Counted from the first letter of the stretch, positions 8,908 through 18,693 are shown. The stretch is 64,000 nt of DNA from an uncultured Chloroflexia bacterium (GCA_963831305.1 CAWHPL010000001.1:175352-239351), one strand, 5' to 3'. The notes: a model not told the origin generated them from the letters alone. Program-made: numbers and translations.

Positions 8908-10428
8908 ATGAAATCTATATGCATATCCAATTTACGATCACTTCTCAATACTGGCGACATTGAACTTAAACCAGTAACTTTGTTAGTAGGAAGAAATAAC
9001 TCTGGAAAAAGTACATTTCTAAGATCCCTTCCATTATTGAGACAAAGTTACGAGAGTATTTCAACTGGTCCATTATTATGGTTCGGAAAATATGTTGATT
9101 TTGGCAGTTTTAATGTGGCTGTAAATAAATATGCTGAGGTTGACCCAATTATATTAAAATTTTCATTTAACCTTGAAGATTTAGATTTAGTGCCATTTAT
9201 AATAAATGAAAATAAGGTCTATGAAGTTAGTGTTATTATAACAATTTCTCGTTTGAAAAATGATGCATTTACAAAACAAATAGAGCTAATTATTTCTGAG
9301 CATATAATTAAAATGGTTTTTAATCAAAACCATACTATTGAATATTTAAAGGTTAATGAACATGAATTTCATGAGGGGTTTGAACAATTTTTATGGTCAT
9401 TATCAAGTGGACCAATTCCTGGAATTCGAGAAAAAAAAGAACGCAACGGAGAGAAAAATAGTTTCTTTCGATATTCAATGGACGATTTTAATATAGTATC
9501 AACAAGGTTATGGGGGAATTCCAGAAAAAGAGTTTCTCTAGGTCCATTATTTGAACTAACAGAAATTGAAATTGCCAAAAAATCAGAGATGATTAAGGAG
9601 CTTCAAAAAACGAAAAAAAGGAAATATGTTCAAAAAATGATGGGAAAGGATGAGCTATCCGACCTAGATTTTAGTGAAGCAGTTGACTTATTAATTGCCG
9701 ACAAGTCAAGACAAATATTAAGTCTGTGTAATGATTACTTATCTGTATTTTTTAAAAATGTAAAATATATAGCTCCAATTAGAGCGGCTTATCGTTATTA
9801 CCGATATCAAAACCTTTCTGTGGATGAAGTAGACTCAGAAGGACACAACCTTGCTATATACTTAAGGAATCTTAAAGAAAATAAATTAGAACCAGAATTT
9901 AGGAAATGGACACAGGAGTTTTTTGGTTTTCAACCAAAACTAAAAGAATACCAAGGTTTTTCCTCAATTCTAATTGAACAAGATAATTCAACAATAAATA
10001 TGGCAGATATGGGATTTGGATATTCACAAATGCTACCAATTATCACACAAGTATGGCAGGCTATTCATAATAAAAATCAAAAAACACGCAAAAATGCACC
10101 ACCAATTACTATAGCGATTGAACAACCGGAGCTGCATTTGCACCCACAGTTACAGGCAGACATTACGAAAGCATTATTAAGCATAGTCCAAACAGCAAAT
10201 AATGAAAACCGAAATGTAAAATTAATAATAGAAACCCACAGTGACATAATAGTGAATAAGATAGGAGAATTGATTTCAAAACGTTTGGTAAATAATGAAC
10301 TTGTAAATGTCTTGGTTTTTGAAAAAGGGCACAATGATAAAGTGTCAAGAATTACTGAAGCTTATTTTGATGATAACGGTTTATTACAAAAGTGGCCATT
10401 TGGATTTTTTGAACCTGATCCTGAATAA
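8908..10428 (+). CDS. ABC/OLD-type AAA ATPase (AAA_15/21 with DUF3696-like C-terminus), AriA/AbiLi-like
   Basis: 506 aa: Walker A GRNNSGKST, MGFGYSQMLPI, Walker B IAIEQPELHLHP, H-loop IIETHSD, tail KWPFGFFEP. AT-rich codon usage. Confidence 0.8.
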   Translation: MKSICISNLRSLLNTGDIELKPVTLLVGRNNSGKSTFLRSLPLLRQSYESISTGPLLWFGKYVDFGSFNVAVNKYAEVDPIILKFSFNLEDLDLVPFIINENKVYEVSVIITISRLKNDAFTKQIELIISEHIIKMVFNQNHTIEYLKVNEHEFHEGFEQFLWSLSSGPIPGIREKKERNGEKNSFFRYSMDDFNIVSTRLWGNSRKRVSLGPLFELTEIEIAKKSEMIKELQKTKKRKYVQKMMGKDELSDLDFSEAVDLLIADKSRQILSLCNDYLSVFFKNVKYIAPIRAAYRYYRYQNLSVDEVDSEGHNLAIYLRNLKENKLEPEFRKWTQEFFGFQPKLKEYQGFSSILIEQDNSTINMADMGFGYSQMLPIITQVWQAIHNKNQKTRKNAPPITIAIEQPELHLHPQLQADITKALLSIVQTANNENRNVKLIIETHSDIIVNKIGELISKRLVNNELVNVLVFEKGHNDKVSRITEAYFDDNGLLQKWPFGFFEPDPE

Positions 10429-10450
10429 CATCGATTAATGGGGAAAAAAT

Positions 10451-11554
10451 ATGATTTTTTACATTGATGATACATTAGTGTTAGATTTAGAAACAAACAA
10501 GCAACGTGACCAAAATGTAAAAGCAATTGAAAGCGTAATTACATCACAAATTCAGCTTAATCACTTTTTCTACTCTTCGAGGCAAAATCTTTTGAAGATG
10601 ATAGAAATTCCTGAGTTGAATGAAAGAATGCGAACTGAGGTAATTAGAGCTTATAACAGATTTTCTCAAAACGGATTTCTATATCAAATTCCAACAAGAA
10701 TTGAATTGATTTCAGGGCTAAACACTAAAAATATTACAAGAAATAATCATAGTATGGTAATTAGAATATCAACAGATTTATTTAATCAGTCGAAGTTTTG
10801 TGAAAGACCGATTTTCTTAACCGAAAATACTAATGATGGAAGAATATATAAGCAAATGGTTAATTACTATTTGCAAACAAGAAAATTACATAATATTATA
10901 AAAGCAGAATTTAAATTGGAAAATGGTGGGGGAAGTGTAACAGCAAACCAGTTGCGTTTCATTAGCAATGAAGGCGTAGATATTTGCTTTTGTATACTCG
11001 ATTCAGATAAATCTTTTCCAACAGATCGGATAGGTGAAACTTTAAAGGAGGCTTATAATGCGCTTAAACAGAATCAAGACTTTGGGTGTTGTTTAATAAT
11101 GGCTTTACAAGCAAGAGAATTAGAAAACTTATTACCTATTGGGTTATTACATAAACTATCAATCAGCAACGCTCAGTCAAAAGAGTTTATTTCTACGTTG
11201 GGTAATTTATCAACAGATGGAAAAAGATATGTGGATGTCAAATGTGGAATTTATGCGAAAAATTTTTGTTTGTCAACAAACACGAAGTTGCGGGATTTTT
11301 GGTTAGCCGAATTCAATTCTATTTATGATTGCGGGTTTAATAGTGGAGAATGTCTTCAAATCAGTTGTAAAGAAATACCTGGATTAGGTAAACATATAGT
11401 GCGAAATTTAATTGACAAATATGATAATACAGAAGGGTGGAAAATGATATTTGGTATTGTTGACAACGATCCATTTTGTAAAGCAGAATGGATTAAAATA
11501 GGAAATGAAATTTTCGAATGGTTTTGTAGTCCAATTTCGGTTAAGAACACATGA
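10451..11554 (+). CDS. Toprim/DUF4435-like putative nuclease partner (AriB/AbiLii-like) with extra N-terminal and Cys-rich C-terminal regions
   Basis: 367 aa, starting 22 nt after the ATPase gene. Ordered motifs FLTENTNDG, ENGGGS, ILDSDK (DxD), ARELENLLP. Confidence 0.6.
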   Translation: MIFYIDDTLVLDLETNKQRDQNVKAIESVITSQIQLNHFFYSSRQNLLKMIEIPELNERMRTEVIRAYNRFSQNGFLYQIPTRIELISGLNTKNITRNNHSMVIRISTDLFNQSKFCERPIFLTENTNDGRIYKQMVNYYLQTRKLHNIIKAEFKLENGGGSVTANQLRFISNEGVDICFCILDSDKSFPTDRIGETLKEAYNALKQNQDFGCCLIMALQARELENLLPIGLLHKLSISNAQSKEFISTLGNLSTDGKRYVDVKCGIYAKNFCLSTNTKLRDFWLAEFNSIYDCGFNSGECLQISCKEIPGLGKHIVRNLIDKYDNTEGWKMIFGIVDNDPFCKAEWIKIGNEIFEWFCSPISVKNT

Positions 11555-11580
11555 TTATTTTTGATTGCAATTTATTTGGT

Positions 11581-12643
11581 TTATATCAAGATACATATAT
11601 CTGACAAAGGTCTTAACAGATTTTGATTTTCATAAAAACCTTGGATTTCACTAGGTAGATGAGAAAAAGTAAAATCTCTAGTATTTGTTCTAGTAGAACG
11701 AAATATTATACTTTCAGCTCTTCGGCGTGATTTATACCGAATCAAATCTTCTATGATTGGCCAAGCAGCCTTGGCTTCAATTCTCATTTGTGTAAATGGA
11801 TTATTATATTTTTTAATTAAAGAACAAGCTAGAAGCCAATATTCATCATCTGGGTTGCTGTCAGACAACACTTTGGATAATGGCGGTAGGAATAATTGTG
11901 TGATCGATCCTATCAATAAAATCTGATAATTTCTCTATCCCTGATGGCAAAATTGTATTCTCGATCCACGAATCTTTGTACTGTTTATAAAGGAATTGTC
12001 CATTAACCTCATTGTATACTTCAATTTCAGGAGAGGTAAATATGGAAGATCCTGCAAAAAACAAAACAGCTTTGCCAAGGTTATGTTTATTTATTCCTTC
12101 GAAATATTCACCATTCCACATAGGTGCGAGAAGTTTTCCGTAAATTGGTTTGTTTTGAATTTTTGCATCAACCTCATCTATTAATACTAATGGTAATTTT
12201 CCATTCAAGTTTTCGGACTGAATTTTTCGAAAAAGATCGTCTAGATTTTTTATAGTCTTGAAAGCTGAAATTTGGAATTCTAGAAAAGAAGAATCAATAT
12301 TATTAGATTGGAGATCCGTTGCCAATTCATTGATTAAAAAGGATTTTCCACTTCCTGAAAATGCACCAATCAAAATGTTGAGTGGCCGTTTTTGCTTTCT
12401 ATAAGAAGTTGTTTGATAATTAATAATTTCGTTTTTAATTACTTGTATATTGTCACGAAACCCATCATTACAAGAAATAAATCTGCCAGCAATAGGTGTG
12501 TAAAGCATAGATATTTCGGAGGTTTTTTGATCATTTTTTAAATCCACAATACGCTTCAAAACATCAAATTTTGCCGATGCAATATACTCTTGTGAATTCT
12601 TTTTTTGTAAAACATGCAAACTCGTTTTAAACCCCTTTCCCAA
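11581..12643 (-). pseudogene. orphan AAA+ ATPase, apparently split by a frameshift near 11875-11900 (or ATPase plus an overlapping 111-aa ORF)
   Basis: ORF 11861-12643 has Walker A GAFSGSGKSF, Walker B PLVLIDEVD, LLAPMWNGEY and DFIDRIDHTIIP. ORF 11581-11916 continues in another frame from a TTG with PPLSKVLSD... The two overlap by 56 nt. Confidence 0.55.
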
Positions 12644-12677
12644 GATTACAGACTAAAATTTTCTCACATGAATTGTA

Positions 12678-15278
12678 TTAGCATTCACTATACCCGCAGG
12701 AGTAGCATTTGCGGCAGCCTTCTTCGTTGATGACGGCGGCGACGCCGCATTCAGGGCAGAGGTCGCCAATGGCGGCGGGGTTGGCTGCGGGCTGGGAATC
12801 CTCTTCAATCGTGGCTATCTTGAATTGCGGGGTGCCATCTGCGTCAAGAAGCGAGGGTTGTTTTTCTTCAGCACCGGACAGGGCTTTGCCGAGGCGGATG
12901 GCGCGTTCATCCAGGTATTCCTGCAGCACCTGGGCAACGCCGTCAGGAAGTGAGCGAACACGGTTGGGTCCAAACCCGAGTGAGCGCCCGCCGCCGATGC
13001 CGCCAAGCTGGCGCTGCACATCAGTGAGGCGCTGGGTGGGTTCGATGGGTGAGGAGAGGCGCAAGACGTAAGAGATGAGGCGCCCGATGGCTTCACTAAC
13101 CGCGGCGGTATCGGAGCCGGCTTTGGCAGTGTTGAGGAAAATCTCAAAAGGCTGCTCGGAACTGTTTTCATTGATGGTAATGAAAGCCTTGCCAAGCGGG
13201 GTCTCGATGGAATAGGTCTGACCCAGCAGGGCACGCGGGCGCGGTTTCTTGGTCTCCTGCCAGATCTTGATCTGTTCGTCTGACACTGATTCTTCATCTG
13301 ATTTGCGCGAGGCGGTGCCGTGGGTTTCGAGAACCACCTGATCGCGTGAACCGGTGACGTACACGGTGATGCCTTTGCAATTCATTTCCCAGGCGGTTAC
13401 ATAGGCGCTGGCAACATCTTCAACAGTGGCATTTTCAGAGAAATTGATGGTCTTTGAGAGGGAATTATCCACAAACGCCTGGAGGGCAGCCTGGGTGCGC
13501 ACATGCTCTTCAGCGGAGATATCGGCGCTGACCACGAAAACTTCTTTGAGGTTGGCGGGGACGTTTTCGATATTCTGGCAAGACCCATCACTCATCACCT
13601 TGTCGATGATATCCTGCCGATCCAACTCACTGATGCCGGCTTCGATGAGCGCCTGCTCGAACATGGGGCTGGTGTAGGTGAGCTTGAGATCCTTGCCATT
13701 GTCGTTGACATGGCGAATGTAGGCTAACGCGAAGACAGGCTCACAGCCGTACCCTTCACAGCCGGCGACGGTGGCAATGGTGCCGGTGGGGGCAACGGTG
13801 GTTTGAGCGGCGTTGCGAATACCGTAGCGTTTGATGCCTTCGACGATGCTCTGCCAATCGAGATTCGGACGATTCCAGTATTGTTGATTTTCAAATGGAG
13901 AGGCGGGCGGCTGCCAGATGAGGTGGCTGGGGTCGTAAATGCTGCCGCTAATGGCTGGAAATGCGCCTCTTTCGTGGGCGAGTTCAATGCTGGTCTGCAT
14001 GGAAATGAAGCGGATAAACTCCATTACCTGCGCGCCAAAATCTTCACCGGAGGGAGACCCATAGCGAACGCCGACGTGATACATCAGGTCAGACAAGCCC
14101 ATCACGCCCAGACCAATGCGGCGGGCACGCAAGGCGGATTCCTTAAGTTTGGGCACAGCCGGCACATACGCGTTGGCATCGATCACATCATCCAGGAAAC
14201 GGGTGGAGAGACGGGTATTTTCACGCAGCTTTTCCCAATCCACTGAGTGGGCAGGTCCGAGATGCTGCGCCAGGTTAATCGAACCGAGGCAGCAGTTTTC
14301 GTAAGGTCCAAGCCATTGCTCACCGCAGGGATTGGTGGCTTCAAGCTGGTAGAGGTGCGGAACGGGGTTTGAGCGGTTGGCGGCGTCGAGGAAAAGCAAT
14401 CCGGGTTCGCCGTTGTGGTGCGCCTGCTTGACGATCTTTTCAAATAGGTCGCGGGCGCGAACGGTTTTATAGGTTCTAAACGGAATCCCCTGGGCTTCTG
14501 CCTGCTCAAAAGTTCCCTTAAAGCCTTTGCAGCGTGGATCAAGCAAATCGGGGAAGCGCAGCGGCCATTCGCGATCTTCTGCAACCGCGGTCATAAAGTC
14601 ATCGGTGATGCCGACAGAAATATTAAAATTGGTGATCTGATTTTCGTTGGTTTTGCAAGTGATGAAATCTTCGATATCCGGATGGTCGATGCGCAAGACA
14701 GCCATGTTGGCACCACGGCGGGTGCCGCCCTGGGCGACTTCACCAAAGGCGTTGTCGTATACGCGGAGGAAACCCACGGGACCGGTGGCTTGACCGGCGG
14801 ATGTTTTGACGATGCTTCCTTTGGGACGCAGGCGAGAGAACGAAAAACCATTACCCCCGCCGGTTTGCTGGATCAAGGCGGCATCGCGCAAGGTCTGGAA
14901 AATACCGGAGGAGTCTTTGCCCATATCGTCATCAATGGGGAGCACAAAACAAGCTGCCAACTGCCCGAGCGGCGTGCCAGCGCCGGTGAAGGTGGGGGAG
15001 TTGGGAAAGAACGCCTTGGAGGTGAGGAGCGTATAGTATTTTTTCGCCAGGCTGGTTACATCGGTGGACCACTTTTCTTCAACCAGGGCGATGTTATAGG
15101 CAACGCGCCAGAACATTTCTTCGACTGTTTCAGCCGGTTGTCCATCGGTTCCACGCCTGACATAGCGTTTGATCAATACCTGGCGGGCATTGTCTGTCAA
15201 CTCAATTTTGGGCAGATCCTTGGGCATTCCTGCCACATCCAATAAGGACCGTTGTGACGTGTTGGCAATAGTATCCAT
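12678..15278 (-). CDS. nrdJ: class II (adenosylcobalamin-dependent) ribonucleotide reductase
   Basis: 866 aa: NPCGEQ active-site motif, TVAPTGT, a C-terminal CPECG...[12 protein letters not shown] zinc ribbon, and nrdR immediately upstream. Confidence 0.9.
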   Translation of the reverse strand: MDTIANTSQRSLLDVAGMPKDLPKIELTDNARQVLIKRYVRRGTDGQPAETVEEMFWRVAYNIALVEEKWSTDVTSLAKKYYTLLTSKAFFPNSPTFTGAGTPLGQLAACFVLPIDDDMGKDSSGIFQTLRDAALIQQTGGGNGFSFSRLRPKGSIVKTSAGQATGPVGFLRVYDNAFGEVAQGGTRRGANMAVLRIDHPDIEDFITCKTNENQITNFNISVGITDDFMTAVAEDREWPLRFPDLLDPRCKGFKGTFEQAEAQGIPFRTYKTVRARDLFEKIVKQAHHNGEPGLLFLDAANRSNPVPHLYQLEATNPCGEQWLGPYENCCLGSINLAQHLGPAHSVDWEKLRENTRLSTRFLDDVIDANAYVPAVPKLKESALRARRIGLGVMGLSDLMYHVGVRYGSPSGEDFGAQVMEFIRFISMQTSIELAHERGAFPAISGSIYDPSHLIWQPPASPFENQQYWNRPNLDWQSIVEGIKRYGIRNAAQTTVAPTGTIATVAGCEGYGCEPVFALAYIRHVNDNGKDLKLTYTSPMFEQALIEAGISELDRQDIIDKVMSDGSCQNIENVPANLKEVFVVSADISAEEHVRTQAALQAFVDNSLSKTINFSENATVEDVASAYVTAWEMNCKGITVYVTGSRDQVVLETHGTASRKSDEESVSDEQIKIWQETKKPRPRALLGQTYSIETPLGKAFITINENSSEQPFEIFLNTAKAGSDTAAVSEAIGRLISYVLRLSSPIEPTQRLTDVQRQLGGIGGGRSLGFGPNRVRSLPDGVAQVLQEYLDERAIRLGKALSGAEEKQPSLLDADGTPQFKIATIEEDSQPAANPAAIGDLCPECGVAAVINEEGCRKCYSCGYSEC

Positions 15279-15292
15279 CGGGTTTTGAACTC

Positions 15293-15742
15293 CTAATTAT
15301 CTAATAGTCTGTCAATCTCTTTGCGGATGGAAACGAGGTCACTTAATTGAAGGTAAACGATCGCATAGCGGATATAGGCAATATGGTCCAGTTGCTTAAG
15401 CCCTTCGATGACGATGTCCCCCACAATTCTGGATGATACTTCTTCCCTTCCCATTTGTTGAAGTCTGGTCTCAATTTCACTTACCAGGTGATTGATCTCG
15501 GCTGCCGAAACAGGGCGCTTAGTGCAAGAGAGGCGGATACCCTGAAGGAGTTTTTCGCGATCAAATTCTTCGCGGGCACCGGATCGCTTAACAATTAGAG
15601 GGGTAGCCAGGATTGGTCTTTCGTAGGTGGAAAACCGTTGATTGCATTTTTCACATTCCCGGCGTCTTCGAATGCCGCCACGGTTATCATGAGTGGTGTC
15701 GAGCACTCTGGAGTTTTCATCCTGGCAATAGGGACAGCGCAA
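15293..15742 (-). CDS. nrdR: transcriptional repressor NrdR
   Basis: MRCPYCQ...[17 protein letters not shown] zinc ribbon plus an ATP-cone. Confidence 0.95.
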   Translation of the reverse strand: MRCPYCQDENSRVLDTTHDNRGGIRRRRECEKCNQRFSTYERPILATPLIVKRSGAREEFDREKLLQGIRLSCTKRPVSAAEINHLVSEIETRLQQMGREEVSSRIVGDIVIEGLKQLDHIAYIRYAIVYLQLSDLVSIRKEIDRLLDN

Positions 15743-15806
15743 TTAACCCTCCTAACGGCATATTACCCAAAAAACAAACTCAGCTTACTATAAAACTGAA
15801 AAACAA

Positions 15807-15822
15807 CCCCCATATATGGGGG
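15807..15822. promoter_or_regulatory. NrdR box (perfect 16-bp palindrome) upstream of nrdR-nrdJ
   Basis: cccccatatatggggg lies 65 nt upstream of the nrdR start. Its core CATATATG matches the recalled NrdR-box consensus acaCwAtATaTwGtgt. Confidence 0.6.
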
Positions 15823-16131
15823 ATACTTGCTTAACTAACCGTATATCTACGCCATTTATTCTAGCACAAAATTTCAGCGACTTCAATCAATCCATGTAAA
15901 AATTAATGTTAAAAATTGCGGGAAATATTGTGAAAAATGCGAATAACACAAAAGGAAAATACTCTCAGGTTGGGCATTAGTTAACGGATTTCCTTACTAT
16001 TACGGGGAAGCTGGTTCAATTCAATTAAAATAAAATATATTTGGGGTGGAAAATTTGGAAGATTAAGAAACTTAAAAAATCCTGTAAATCAATTAATGGT
16101 TTAGCACGCACCGATGCCCAAAAGCGAAAAC

Positions 16132-16572
16132 TTAAGGATAGATATGCCCACAATTGTTAAATGTATCATCACCGGGTCCACCTATACAAACATCATCGCC
16201 ATTGCCCCCTTTGATGGTGTCATCGCCTCCACCGCCTACTATGCAATCAGTTCCCTTTTTCCCGCTGATCGTCTCACCGTCTTCAGTACCGAGGATTAAA
16301 TCATCGCCTTGGGAGCCGTTGCAGGTATTCCCACCAGAACAAACTACAATGTTGGTTAATACAATCCCGGCACATTCCGGTGGTTTAAGATCATTCTCGC
16401 CGGCAGAATGGGTTGAACTTCCGACCCTGGAAGAACCAACCAGATTGGCAGCGCTGAAAGCAGACGAGGTGAGAAAAATGACCATGCCTATGAAAATGAT
16501 CACGGTCATTATCAGCACCACTTTGAACAATTTATTCCGTAATAACATTTTTACCTTTTCTTTAATGTTCAT
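16132..16572 (-). CDS. small secreted Ca-binding (RTX-like GGxGxD repeat) protein with a SipW-cognate-like signal peptide
   Basis: 146 aa with an N-terminal TM, then SAFSAANLVGSSRVG, then GGGGDDTIKGGNGDDVCIGGPGDDTF. ATGA overlap with the peptidase gene. Confidence 0.7.
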   Translation of the reverse strand: MNIKEKVKMLLRNKLFKVVLIMTVIIFIGMVIFLTSSAFSAANLVGSSRVGSSTHSAGENDLKPPECAGIVLTNIVVCSGGNTCNGSQGDDLILGTEDGETISGKKGTDCIVGGGGDDTIKGGNGDDVCIGGPGDDTFNNCGHIYP

Positions 16573-18218
16573 AATACATTATTCTTAAGAATATCGACAT
16601 CGTTAAAATCACAAATATAGGTAACCCCATTTGCTTCAACGTAATAAGCGTGTTGCCCGTTGCCCTCGTAGTGCAGGATCACAGTCCCCGCCTTTTCGGA
16701 AAGCCTGGCGAGATCGTCAATCTGTGAAAGTTTTACCGTGGTGCGTTGGTTCAACAATGGTGGGGTATCGGTATTGATGAGTGAGCCGCCGTATTTCAAT
16801 TTGACCATCAACCCTTTGTCTTTCTTTGAGACTTTTGAAATTTGATTAAAAATCAGCCAAAGTCCTGCCAATGAAAAGAGAAGGCATAGCGCGGAGATCA
16901 ATCTAGCCGTGGTTACTTTCAGGTTGAATGAAAAAAGGTGAATAATGTTTGGAGCAATTTGCCGGGAGGATTGAACGCTGTCAGTTGATTGATTTAATGG
17001 ATCAACGTCCAGGTCTTCATGGGTCACATAAACACGGGTTTCATCTATTTGAAAGGGTAGGGCGGAATTGAAAGGTGCGGAGAATTGGGTTCCGCTGATT
17101 AATCCTGTTTGCAGCACATTTGGTTCAATAAAAATATTGTAAAGGTAGGAGGTGGATCCGGTCTGTTCTTCCATTGCCGTGATGGCTGCTCTTAACTGGC
17201 AAAAATTAATCACGACCTGGCTAGAAAACGAATCACCGGTAAAAACTTGTTCGGTTTCAAGTGGAAAATTGCGTTTCCAACCGCTTAATGGTTCAGAGAT
17301 CACTGCTTCCAAGTGATGGGTACCGGTTAATCCTTCAAGAACTGAGCCGGCGATCTGGTAAGTTGCGATCAGATTGATCTGGCAAGTGAGGTTAGTGAAA
17401 ATCGGGTCGCCAGAGGTTAATGATTTTGAATTGTAAACCCCCAAAGGTGCCGAGGCATTATATTCATATTTGATGGATTGGGAATATGGAAAATCAGGAT
17501 TGGTGACTTTGGTCACGGGTTTTAGAAAGCTGATCAGGAATAGGATTAACGAAGCCAGGGCAATAATTCCAAGTAGGAAGATACCAAGTTCGACATAAAC
17601 ATTTAGGAATGAAGAGCCAGAATTTGGTTTGTTCTTGTTTGAATCTGAATCAGGAAGATTCGAGGGGGGGATTGAGTCATAACCAACTGAAAATGAGGAG
17701 CCATCATGACTCTCAATAACGGGAGGTGAAATAACTCCCTTTTTCTTTTTTTTCGTAAATAAACCAAATCCCATAATCGTACCTCCGAATATTCCAGCAA
17801 AGAGTGAAGCGTTGAGCGGTTGTTTTAACCATGCGACGGACTTCCCCGCACCAGGAATAAAAAGCCATTCTTTGCCGAGAATTTCACTTGCTGAAGGTTG
17901 ATAAGAATCAACCCAATCGTTGTTGTCTCCCTGCATGATGTAGTGCAGTGAGTTGCCATCTACAATACGGTGGAAGACAATTCTGTTAATTTCCGAATTT
18001 TGATATGCAACTGCATCGCCGATTTGATATTCATCGTATTTTCGAACCAAAATGAGGTCATTTTGATGAACCCGCGGTTCCATGCTGTTGCCAGTGATGA
18101 TGATAAATTCGACCCGCCCCCCCAGTTTTATGGGAGCAAAAAGCAGCCAGACTATAAGAGCGGCAACGATCAAAAAACTTGATAAAAAAGTTAAAGTCCA
18201 GCGGGATTTTCCCATCAT
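16569..18218 (-). CDS. SipW/Sec11-type (S26B) signal peptidase I fused to a large multi-TM C-terminal domain
   Basis: GNSMEP (Ser), FHRIV (His) and QGDNNDWVD boxes are followed by 3 further TM segments, a ~220-aa ectodomain and a cytosolic tail. Start uncertain: ATG-ATG at 18218 versus TTG at 18275. Confidence 0.75.
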   Translation of the reverse strand: MMGKSRWTLTFLSSFLIVAALIVWLLFAPIKLGGRVEFIIITGNSMEPRVHQNDLILVRKYDEYQIGDAVAYQNSEINRIVFHRIVDGNSLHYIMQGDNNDWVDSYQPSASEILGKEWLFIPGAGKSVAWLKQPLNASLFAGIFGGTIMGFGLFTKKKKKGVISPPVIESHDGSSFSVGYDSIPPSNLPDSDSNKNKPNSGSSFLNVYVELGIFLLGIIALASLILFLISFLKPVTKVTNPDFPYSQSIKYEYNASAPLGVYNSKSLTSGDPIFTNLTCQINLIATYQIAGSVLEGLTGTHHLEAVISEPLSGWKRNFPLETEQVFTGDSFSSQVVINFCQLRAAITAMEEQTGSTSYLYNIFIEPNVLQTGLISGTQFSAPFNSALPFQIDETRVYVTHEDLDVDPLNQSTDSVQSSRQIAPNIIHLFSFNLKVTTARLISALCLLFSLAGLWLIFNQISKVSKKDKGLMVKLKYGGSLINTDTPPLLNQRTTVKLSQIDDLARLSEKAGTVILHYEGNGQHAYYVEANGVTYICDFNDVDILKNNVL

Positions 18219-18336
18219 AATTATTATCTTACTATAATCCAGACCATCCACTGGAATCGAGTCTCGTCGTTCCAATAAGATGGCCTGGGATCATCCGTGA
18301 TTACCAGAGGTAGTACTGGTAAATATTTGACAATGG

Positions 18337-18693
18337 CTAGTTGGATGCAACAACCTGAAGGGTGGCGGCACTTAATACTGTCGTTCCAGAAATATTGCAA
18401 GACCAGGTGGATCCAGTTAGTGTACAAGCAGGACTCCAGGTAGCGCCAACTTTAGCTCTAACTGCTGTTGCAGGTGAGTTAAGTTCGAATGTAACTGCAT
18501 CAATGGTGGACGGGGTGGTTGTGTTCAATACATAATGAATATTGGTGACATCGTATCCAGTGATCGCGCCACTGCCATCGCCAGCTTTGGAGGGGTCAAC
18601 AACATTTGCAGCAGCAAAAGCAAAAGTGAACCCAGACAGGGCAAGAACCATAACAACAAGCATCAGAACCTTCATACTCTTTTTATATAACAT
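18337..18693 (-). CDS. small secreted protein with a SipW-cognate-like signal peptide (possible fibre/pilin-like subunit)
   Basis: 118 aa: MKVLMLVVMVLALSGFTFAFAAANVVDPSKAGDGSGAITGY, then a beta-rich domain. AAGGAG RBS. Confidence 0.65.
   Translation of the reverse strand: MLYKKSMKVLMLVVMVLALSGFTFAFAAANVVDPSKAGDGSGAITGYDVTNIHYVLNTTTPSTIDAVTFELNSPATAVRAKVGATWSPACTLTGSTWSCNISGTTVLSAATLQVVASN

Noticed and set aside
12709-15245. Series of plus- and minus-frame ORFs (up to 187 aa) overlapping nrdJ.
   Set aside because: These are shadow ORFs typical of a GC-rich gene. nrdJ is continuous and motif-rich in its own frame.
15743-16131. Cobalamin riboswitch upstream of nrdR-nrdJ.
   Set aside because: No B12-box-like sequence or extended GC-rich structure is present. 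The region is AT-rich, with only the NrdR palindrome.
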